40,712 nt of DNA. Origin: Dicyema japonicum. Taxonomy: Eukaryota > Animalia > Dicyemida. Position numbers and translations under genes: made by a program. This document shows, piece after piece, positions 24,701 through 34,168 of the stretch (position 1 is the stretch's first letter; the number at the start of each line of letters is the position of its first letter). Location of the stretch: the NCBI GenBank assembly GCA_011109175.1, contig RDEW01000081.1, forward strand, positions 108,019-148,730, given 5' to 3'. A model generated the notes under the pieces. That model was given only the letters and a program-made list of their open reading frames with translations, was not told the DNA's origin and did not search any database.

Positions 24701-25149
24701 GCCCTCGACGTCCATCACATCCAAGAAACGCTCTAATCCAAACGAGAAATAATAAATTCTAAAGACAACCATTTGACGTAACTGAAAGGATATTTAAACT
24801 GAATAAAGAAATCATGCGGAACATCACAAAAAACAACAAATATCATTGGGAAGACGTCTCAGAAAAGATACTTCTTCCATTGTATTACCCCAGGATCACT
24901 GGGTCAGAGAAAAAATAAAAGTTATCACCTAAATGTTTCCAGTCAAGGGAGAGGACGATTCCAGCGGAGTCGAGAATCCTATACAGCTTTTCTCATTGGA
25001 CATGACATCAAATTTTTTACATGTTTATAGATATTTCGATGTGAAAAAGTTGGAATTCGGTAGACTGGCCGCTTTTAAGAATTTTGTAGTTTAATAAGAT
25101 TTTCAATGGATCTTGTGTTCAGGTCCAATCAACTTTACTGCAGTCTCCT

Positions 25150-25620
25150 GGAAATCACATAGTTTCAATGACGAGGAGTGTGAAATATGCATTACCCATG
25201 ATGGACCTGCATACGTTATCGTGGGTCGGATAAATTATTCATAAACTGTGTTGCAATGTGTCGAGTCTCCGCTTCGAGAGTCACAGTTCAAGCATTTGTT
25301 GGGCGAACTGAGTAACTGATTGAATGCTTCTGTCATTGGAAGCAAGAATAATGTCGTCGGTTCATTAAAGGTTTGTGGCATTTTGTTATGTAGAGGTTGA
25401 AGAGTTGTGATAACAGTGGGGAGCTTTGGGAAACTCCATTTGGAAGGCAGCGAGATCTTGATTTTATGTTGCTGTAGAGTACTTGTGCTCGTCTTCCATT
25501 TAGGAAATTTCCAAGTTAAAGCTTCAAGTTCATGTGGGTGTTCGTTACAAATATCTTCTTTGTAAGGAGTTTCCTGGAGAATGATTCAAATGCTTTTGTA
25601 ATGTCCACGATTATAAGTAC
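25150..25620 (-). mobile_element. I/Jockey-like LINE RT fragment (same family as 11783-13090)
   Basis: VDITKAFESFSRKLLTKKIF and LPNGVSQSSPLLSQLFNLY. Confidence 0.75.
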
Positions 25621-25669
25621 TGTCCTTTGATGTGATATTATTAAAAAGCACTTTCACAGAACCAAAGAA

Positions 25670-26140
25670 CGTTATATTAACTAAGGTCCCGTTTGTGCTA
25701 CACGTTTCAAAATCTGCTTCACTAGGCGTCTCCGTCGCCTTCTGCTTTGCGCATCTGTCCTTAGATCTTCTAGGTCTTCTGCAGATTTAAGTTTTCTTCC
25801 AATTCCATTAAGATCGTTAAGAGCCACTGGTAGAGTGACTCTAAGCCTTCCTCTGAACGATGGTCTGTTCTCATTGTTAAAGTAATTGTCCATTATTATA
25901 TTTGCAGAAGCGTTTATGTCCATTCTAAGCACGTGCCCAAACAGTCTCCATCTTGATTAATAATGTCGATGCTTATTGGCCTCGATTGTGCCACAGAGTA
26001 TAATTTCTTATTTTAAATCTTCTTGGGCTAACCTAAGCCCACTAAATTGAGTAATTGTTTTCGATGAAATATATCCATTTTTTGTGACCCCCCATGTACC
26101 CGAGTTGTACATAAGCACCGGCTTTATATATGAGTTGTAT
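25670..26140 (-). mobile_element. RTE-like LINE 3' fragment
   Basis: YNSYIKPVLMYNSGTWG, RWRLFGHVLRMD and FRGRLRVTLP...KLKSAEDLEDLR. Confidence 0.85.
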
Positions 26141-26189
26141 AGTCTTTTTCTTTGATTTCATTTTATTAGTTTTCGTAGACTCCATATCT

Positions 26190-28235
26190 TCTCTATTTTC
26201 TGATACATAGCAGAACTTTACATCATGTCCTCACTATCATTAAGTATTTGGCGGGTGAATGACAGGATCTGCGTAATACAGATCCGTCTAAACAACCAAT
26301 GTTCCCCTAAAAATACAATTATAAATGTATATGCACCACACTGTGGAAGAGTGGCGAAAAACCTGGATGAATTCTACTCAGCATTATCAAAGACGTATAA
26401 TGAATATGAGTCGTCCTCACTTATATTCATTGCTGGCAATCTAAATGCGAAAATTGAAAAAAAAGAACTCAGAAGATACCTTCATGGGAAGACACGGACG
26501 TGGGAAAAGAAACTTGCCTGGGACCATACTTGGCCATTTCTGCACGGCAAACAAACTGTTCTTGTGCAACACCGCATTCTCTCATCGTGCATGCCACATA
26601 ACCACTTGGATGGCGAACGAAGAAACCCAGAAGGAAGACTAGTCCCTATATACGACCAAATTGATTATATGCCTGATCAATGACAAACGCTCTCTTATAA
26701 ACGCACGCTCATACGAAGGTTCAACAACTGTCAGCGATCACAGAATGGTTATTGTCACCTTCAGCCTGGCGAAACATGGTATCAAACATAAGTAACATAA
26801 CAACTTTACAAACATAATATGAGAATACAAGAAATGGATACGGAAAACTGATCTCTCATCCAGATACAATAAAAAATTACAAAAAATACATCTGCTCTTA
26901 TGTGAAGGACCTAACAGTAGGAATTTCGTAGGATCGCACACAGTATATAATAAACGAAGCAGCGAGCCAGTACCTCGGCACGCGGGAGATGGCCAGTAAA
27001 GGTCGGACGATACATACAGAACTAGGAGTTATCAAAGGAGTTAAAAGAAATCATACAAAAACTAAACGAAAAAGACAAGAGAAAAGCCTTCAGGGGCAGA
27101 GGGACCAAATCCGTAGAAAAATCAGGAGATTGAACAAGACACTCCACCAAGAAGAACTGCTTTGCAAAATCAATCAATTATCCAAACTAAAGACAATTCA
27201 CAAATGTATATGACCGCTCATTTACTACGCACACAAACCGGAAGGAACGGATAATCATCAAAGACAAAAATGGCAGGACATTACTGAGTACTGAAGAGCA
27301 AGCGGAGGTAATTGCAACACATTTTGAGAAACTTTTCAATGTGACTACAGCAATCCCCCATTCAAAGGAAAGCCTAGACCCTTGAAAGAACCAACTACAG
27401 TTTTGGAAGTAAAAACAGCATGTCAAAAACTAAAAAATAACAGAAGCCCTGGACCAGATAGGATAAACCAAGAATTACTAAAATACGGCCTGACCCCTTT
27501 TTAAAAAAATCGCTACACTACTAAATGAAATGTTTTCAACTAACTCAACCTTGCCCCTGGGAACAGGATTACTAATACAAAAACCCAATAAACCCAAAGG
27601 ACCGGTTGAAAACTTACGACCTATTATATTATCAAATTCTCTATGGAAAGTCTCAGCTAACATTGTATTGGAACAAATAAAATGACCCGCCAATGACTAT
27701 CTACTCGAAAGTCAAAGTGGGTTCAGAGAAGGAAAATCAACAGCTGATGCAGTCTGGAGTCACAGATGGAGATGTGCAACACATTAAAAATATTGCAATG
27801 CCACCACATTCTGGGAATAGATCTATCAAAAGGAGTCTAAGAATGATCCAAATCCTTCTATCTAACACAGAACTCCTTGTGAGAGTTGGAAAAATCTACT
27901 CTAGAAAATTTGAAACAAACACACTCCCTCTCTCCGCTTCTATTCACAATATACTTGGAGGCCGCTATGAAAGAACTGAGACCATTATACCAAGGAAAAA
28001 TAGAAGTTTTTTATGCTGATGATGTCGACCTAATCTCTGAAGACAAAGAACTCCTGGAACATGTACTAGAAAAAGCACCAGATATACTTGGGAAATGGTT
28101 TTTCACCGTGAACAGAGAAAAAACAGAAGGGACAGAAATAAGACGAATGAATAACTCACTCGAAGAGAAATGGAGACACACAAAGAAACTTACATTCTCC
28201 CATGAGGTTGATATTGTGGCATCACCCACAAGTTG
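26190..28235 (+). mobile_element. RTE-like LINE ORF (APE endonuclease + RT), multiply deleted and frameshifted
   Basis: APE motifs INVYAPH, AGNLNAK, QIDY and SDHRMV; RT motifs SPGPDRI, LRPIILSN, QSGFREGKST, LSPLLFTIYLE and FYADDVDLI. Confidence 0.92.
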
Positions 28236-28239
28236 AATT

Positions 28240-29640
28240 CTCGGTTTATGTTCACATCACTGTCAACCGGGCCCTAAGTAGTCTCCCTGCTGAATTACGA
28301 TTTACACTAAAGCTGACTCCGTACGATAGCTGTACAAGTTGGCCAATTTCTGGCACTCCTATCGAGCAAATCTCTATAATACAGTCACTCTTAACGATTT
28401 GAAGGCATTCAATATATCAATCTTCAGAACTAGGCATTTGGTTGTTGTTCCCGCTGAAGTAACTCATCGTTGCGTGCACTGCTACCTCGCATCCACTGCC
28501 CACACCCATGCCAAGTTGAGTGAGTTCTTCGCCAATCCTAGGAGATAATTTAGCAGGACTCTTCGGAAGTGTGTACCGATCGCAATTGGGCGCACTCAAC
28601 CACATCCTTTTCGAAATGCCAATAGACGTCTTCAAAAATTATCTCCAGCAAATGTAGGAGAGAATCCATTAATTATTCTCTTGAAGTGGTTGGTGATAGA
28701 CATAATCAAAGCTCGGCCCACCTCAGCAGTAGCTTCTGAATTAAATCCCTTACATGGCTTGGTCGCAGTCCATCCAAACCTCCATTCGATAATCAAGCAG
28801 GGTTGTTTCTTCTCATTAACTCCAGAACTGCTGGACATGGTTTCACGGGTGTTTGGTCAAAGCACGAATGTCGTTTTCCATCAGTTTTCGGTTTAGGGTG
28901 CAAAGCTCAGTAATCATAACTAAGAGATCTGGTCATTGATACTGATGACTTAACGATTAGTGGCATGAGACATTCCGCAGCAGGAATACGAACGATTTTG
29001 GATATCCTTAGTTTAATCCGTCTAACTTTCCGACTCTCCGACAAAAGCCCTTTGTCAGTAGAAGATTGCATATGAAAATTATAGAGACAAATCATGGCTA
29101 AAAAAGTGAAAAAAGTCAGATAAGGTCAACACATTCCTATCATTTTGAAATGAATAACTACACTAAATTATATAATTGTTCCATAAACCGCAATTCAATT
29201 CCAATGTTATGGAAACATGCATACATCCAATCGACAAAGTTCATGATTGTCAAAATCTTGGAAAAGCTTCTTCTGTAAAAACAAATTCTTCCTAATAATC
29301 AGTTCCAGCATGAATTTAAAAACGGTCTATCAATCACGAGTCATCTTGGTAATTTCATTTGCTCTGGCTTCCCCCAAATTCCAGACATCAGAAGACCGTG
29401 TCATGTTCCATTGAAATTGCAAAGCTCTCTGCTCCGTTCCTAGAAGAATCTTTTTGAAAAATTTTTCGGACGGACATTCCTGGGAATTTAAAACTCTGAC
29501 TGGCTAACTTTTTTGCAACGGGAGAGGACGAGTCTGCCTTGGGGCTTTCGATCAGTCTCCCGGGTATTTTCTAGTGTAGCCCATAGTTCACTACTATTCC
29601 CACTCCTTGCAAGGAAAAGGTTGAACTAATTTTTCCTGAG
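28240..29640 (-). mobile_element. CRE-like (R2-group) non-LTR element, 5' region and RT, heavily deleted
   Basis: LLAFRKGCG*VRPIAIGTHFRR, VLKIDILNAF and QQGDYLGP match CRE-type LIALxKKDGGIRPIAVGxTxRR / KIDFxNAFN / QQGDPLGP. Confidence 0.7.
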
Positions 29641-29716
29641 GTGTTGCTGGATTAGGGAAAAGATGAAAGAGGTAAGAAAAACGATAATCCTACTCAAAAC
29701 GATAATAAAAATAAAA

Positions 29717-30082
29717 TTAATTAGAAAGCCAGTTATTAATATGATTGATAATGCCTTCTATTTGTTCTCCACTAAATCTATATTCAATCATTTCTATTAT
29801 GTTGTATAACTCAACTTCACTTCGAGGCATTAAATTGACTATCATCATAATTTCTGCTTTTGTTAACTCAAATTGATTGAGAGATTCAACAAATGACAAC
29901 AATTTATCAACGTGAATGGTATTGGGAGTTAGTTTCTTGACGTAATCCTTAGTGTTGTGAAGAATAGCTGATATATTCTTTTCTTCTTTAAGTATTTTCT
30001 TCTCAATACGGGAGATATTCTCCAAAATGGCCATAACTTCAGCGTTGGTTACAAAATTATCTTGTACTTTAATAATTTTCAT
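29717..30082 (-). CDS. CRCP: RNA polymerase III subunit RPC9/C17 (CGRP-RCP), intronless, 121 aa
   Basis: MKIIKVQDNFVTNAEV...LTKAEIMMIVNLMPRSEVELYNIIE...RFSGEQIE matches the Rpb4/RPC9 pattern (SNYEV; LTKAEKLQLLNHRP; EERLTEEQIE). The open frame is intact. Confidence 0.85.
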   Translation of the reverse strand: MKIIKVQDNFVTNAEVMAILENISRIEKKILKEEKNISAILHNTKDYVKKLTPNTIHVDKLLSFVESLNQFELTKAEIMMIVNLMPRSEVELYNIIEMIEYRFSGEQIEGIINHINNWLSN

Positions 30083-30148
30083 AACAACAATCAATCACGT
30101 ATTTTAAATAATAATTAAAAAATAAATTTATTACTTAGTAACTATAAT
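30083..30148. promoter_or_regulatory. 66-bp divergent (bidirectional) intergenic region between CRCP and IQCK
   Basis: Head-to-head ATGs at 30082 and 30149; contains TCACGT. Confidence 0.6.
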
Positions 30149-31013
30149 ATGTCTATATTAACAACTGTTCAGCCTGATTTATGGAATGAAATTTTTTATG
30201 GTCAATGGTTGTCTTACTTTAGAAATTGAGTCAGAGAAGCCTTGTGGAATAGGTGATATTTCACCAACTAAAATAATCAATTTTGACCAAAGTCGACACA
30301 GTCCAGTCTTTTACGGGTATTATTTCTCTCCAATAAACATCGATACACCCCTTTATAAATTCTCTTCTGCTGTCGGTCACCCAGCCATGTTGGGGTATTT
30401 TGTGGAAACAATCGAAAAGGAAGTTGAAATTCAACCCCAAAAGCCTCATATAAAAATTGTTTCACTTAGAATTGACTAAAGGCGACCATCTCACTTATTT
30501 AAAGTATTACGTCTACCCTACGTTGACAACTGCTTTAGAAGAGCTCCTTACATTAGCTAAAAAAGAAGGTTGTTTCAATGGAACAGTTTTTTGTATAAAA
30601 ATTTTAGCAAAGCAGACGAAGTAAACGTTTGATGAGGGCCACAGACATACTTGTGACTAACCTGTACAAGTTTATATTATTATTTACGACAGTAACAATA
30701 AAATACACAAAGATAGACCTCATTATGACTTTGAGGATATTCCATTTGTAAAATGCTTTCTGACAAAAAAGTAATTAATATTTGTGACAAAGTCCGCGAA
30801 AAGCAATACCAATGTCGGAATTATGGAGTGATGAGGAAGCAGCCATTATAATTCAATCACATTGGCGGGATATAAGGTTAACGTAAATAATAATTGCATA
30901 CTCGTAAAAACCCAGAAATAAATGAATTAATAATATGGCAGAGACAGTGGAGAGAGGAGAAATGCATTAACAAAGAAGTTGCTAATTTATGGAATGATGT
31001 TGTTAAAATATAA
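30149..31013 (+). CDS. IQCK: IQ-domain protein K-like, 6 micro-introns
   Basis: Spliced product DLWNEIF...KNCDHLTYLKYYVYPTLTTALEELLTLAKKEGCF...DFEDIPFV...PRKAIPMSELWSDEEAAIIIQSHWRGYKTRKNPEINELIIWQRQWREEK matches IQCK. It needs one extra A at ~30454, one extra G at ~30868, and an AT acceptor at 30898-30899. Confidence 0.82.
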
Positions 31014-31062
31014 ACTAATAAAATCAAACAAATTTAATTCAAAGGAAAGAGGGAGAGACAAA

Positions 31063-32005
31063 TTAATCACTATTTTTAATAGGAGAACCACCATTAGTTA
31101 TATCACTGGTCTTGTCTTGTCTCATTGAATCTCTATTAGACCCACTACGAGATCTGCTAATACTTGCCCTTTCCTTCGATGATTTACGACTCACTGAACG
31201 AGATGATGAACTACGAGAACGACGACGTTTGTTTCTCGATCTAATTGGTGTCCTACTACGAGAATATGAAGATCCAGAACGATCTCTAGAATCTCTATTG
31301 TCATCCTCCTTCACTCTAATATAAGCAGTGTCCCCCTAAAATCACAACACCACAAACCTTATGAGAACGAAACTTTGAGTCATTTAATTTTTTAACAGCA
31401 TGTGACATATCCTCCTTCCTAATAAAAGAGACGACACCTTTTCCTCCTCCAAATACATCAGCATAGGCAATATCCCCACATTCTCGGAAGTGGTCTTTCA
31501 AATCTTGCCAACTTCCAGTCGGTGGTAGTCCTACAAGTGGTAAAACAAAGATACCAGACACAAGAACAGAGTTCTTAGATCTTCTTGGTACAAAACCTGA
31601 TGACCTCTCAGAATATTTGTTGGTATATGATCCCTTAGGGAACTCCACCCGAATCCTGTAGCCGTCGAAGTAGTATCCATTCCTCCGTCGAACAGCATCA
31701 TCCGCAGCACTAGAATTGTCTCCGTAAAAGCAAAGTAAATATATTCCTCCAAGTAATCCTCACAGAAATGTCAGAATCCTGAAAGGACGTGAGTTTATAG
31801 CATAGCCAACAGCATGACAAAAACGCACTTACTGTCTATGGTCCATCTCTACAAAGGCGAATGGAAGACCACGCCCATTTCGAGGCTGCTTGATATCAAC
31901 GCTCACCACTCTTCCGTATTTTCTGAAAATATCCTCAATCTCGTATTCCTTAATGCTGGAGGGAAGATTTCCAACGTACAAACGGCAATCATTTCGGTAA
32001 GACAT
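31063..32005 (-). CDS. SRSF1: SR splicing factor SRSF1/SRSF9 (ASF/SF2)-like, 3 introns (123, 24, 22 nt)
   Basis: RRM1 LYVGNLP...FAFVE...DDAV...[14 protein letters not shown]2 with the diagnostic SWQDLKDH and [14 protein letters not shown]|GDTAYIRV, and a C-terminal RS domain. Intron positions match animal SRSF1. Confidence 0.93.
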
Positions 32006-32481
32006 AACAACAACGAAAGAGTTTTATATCACGTGATTAATTAAAATTTTATTTAATATATAATTTTTTTATTTATTATATTTTTAATTTACCATGTCTT
32101 TTATGAAAATCTAATAGTTGAAGTATTATATAATAGTTACACAATATAATTTATAGATTCAAAGACATGTGGAAGCGTCCATCATTATCTGCTCGAAGCC
32201 TGAGGACGGTCCGCCTCTTACAAGGTCGAGAGGTCGGGACTAATAACTAACAATATAATTTAATCGATAGTCATTTATTGATTGAATTAATTTGATAATC
32301 TTATAGTTTTATTCTTAGGTTGTCGTCGTTATTCAGATCGTCTCAATGATCCAAAGGGTCACAAGGATCACATGAGACTGGATGGCTTCGAGAGCGTATT
32401 TCGATAACTATCGTTAGAAGAAAACAGCATGGCCATTCAAGTTCCCTAACTTTTAATTTTTAAAAAAAAGTTAGCAATGGT

Positions 32482-33330
32482 CATATAGCGGCCACCTGAC
32501 TGCGTGGCTATATTCTCTCGTCGCTAATGGACCTGCAAACATCCTTGTCAAGAGGATTCTACACTCTCTTCCTGAATTCTCTATTGACGCCTGGAGCCGT
32601 ACTTATCAGCTTTCTCTACTTTCCACGTTCTCTCGGCGTGCCTGGACGATGCAGAATTCTTTTGAAAATCTGCTGTGTCATATTGTCAAAATCGTTTTCC
32701 TTCCAAGAGCGGTGCCGGGTTCAACACCATTCCCAATGCTGTTTTGAGTACCTTCTGGATGAATGAATGGGTCCGTATTGGGATCTCACTACGACTGGGA
32801 TTAAAAGTCTGTGTTCCACATCCGTGCCGATGTGGAGACCAGGTCGACTGTTTTGGCCTACAAACAGATCTCTCAGACACATGTGTTTGAACGAAGTCGT
32901 TAGGCGAGCTTTGGACGCCGCCGGACACACCTCCATGCTAGAAAACAGTCGGTCTTTCCAGGCATGACAGGAAACGACCAGATGGGATTACCATCTTCCT
33001 TTTTTGAAACCTGGAAACTTCTTGTCTGGGACGTCACCTGCACCGACACGTTTGCCCCTTTGCAATTTACTCTAGAGTGCCTCTGGTGCTTGTTCTTCCG
33101 CTAGAAAGCCGAGAGGTTGAAACGAGCAAATTATACGGTCCTACCAATGATTTTTTGTTCGTGCCACTTACCGTTAGAACGTTTGGTTCCCTTGCGCATG
33201 CAACGCTGAAATTCTTGAGTCATCTAGGGAATCGAATTTCTAAACGATCAGGAGACTCCCGGGAACTCAGGTGATTATTTGAGCGAATCTCGCTCTCCAC
33301 CCTGAGAGGGAATAGCCACGCAGTCAGGGA
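32482..33330 (+). mobile_element. CRE-like element 3' part (zinc-knuckle region + restriction-like endonuclease), flanked by inverted copies of its own 3' end
   Basis: VRIGISLRLG...HPCRCG, LNEVVRRAL, KRPDGIT, WDVTCTDTFAP, FVPLTVRTFG and RISLSTLRGNSHAV. A perfect 17-bp inverted repeat spans 32495-32511 / 33312-33328. Confidence 0.85.
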
Positions 33331-33389
33331 CGGTATTTATTTTATTAACCCCGGATACACCAAGAAAGAAGTTAAAGTAAACAACTAGT

Positions 33390-33830
33390 TAAGTGTAGTG
33401 GACCGTCTTGAATGTTTCCACAGAGCTCAGCTAAACTCTGATCAACTGGTCTATGAAGATCCCTAATGCAAACCTTTATACTAAATGCGAATCCGGCGTG
33501 CTGTCAGATGATATTTTCAAATCAAGATGGAGCTTCTTTGGCCACGTGTTATGTCTAAATGACCAGGTCACCAAATGTCGCAATGGAAAACTACTTCGCA
33601 TACACAGGAGTCGGATTCCGTGGAAGACCAAAAACAAAACTCCGACTATCTTGAATGAAGACCTATGGGCGGTTGGTGTGAGACTAACTTCGGCGGACGA
33701 CCTGGATGACCTAAGAGAACTAGCGAGCAACAGAGGATCATGGTCGTGGTTGACGGAGAGGATGATTAGGAATACGGCACAAGGGAGACTTAATTAACTT
33801 TATGTTTTCTCGGGAGAGCTTTTAATAATA
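33390..33830 (+). mobile_element. RTE-like LINE 3' end with UTR
   Basis: KIPNANLYTKC...SRWSFFGHVL...EDLWAVGVRLTSADDLDDLRELASNRGSW; same family as 6935-7280. Confidence 0.88.
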
Positions 33831-33942
33831 ATCAAGTTATTACATTATTTAAAGCTTACACTTTGACCTAAAAATAGGATTTGGATCAACCTTGAAATTT
33901 TCTTAAGAAAACAATTTATGACAAAAAAAGAAAGATTTAGAT

Positions 33943-34160
33943 CAGCGGTTCTTAACCTTTTTAAGCCAACGCCCCTTTTTGATGCAATTTTGGAGGATCA
34001 AAATTTCAACGCCCCTTAAGATTTAATTTTTTTCAATTGCGGCAATATTTTGTATGATACTAATAGGCCTTTTTCAAGCATTAATCATAAGACGATTTTC
34101 ATAATTATATTTCAGATTAGAAAAATAATTAACATCAAGTTTCTCAGGATGAAAAAACTT
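33943..34160 (+). mobile_element. hAT (Charlie/MER5-like) left end or MITE remnant
   Basis: CAGCGGTTCTTAACCTTTTT preceded by ATTTAGAT (NT(C/T)TAGAN-like target). Confidence 0.5.
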
Positions 34161-34168
34161 AAGATGAT

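Noticed and set aside
32095-32450. Possible gene divergent from SRSF1 (MSF(Y)ENLIVE|IQRHVEAS...) with intron-like AT-rich gaps
   Set aside because: No consistent spliced frame or recognisable homology could be built. It is worth a BLASTX but is not supportable as a feature.
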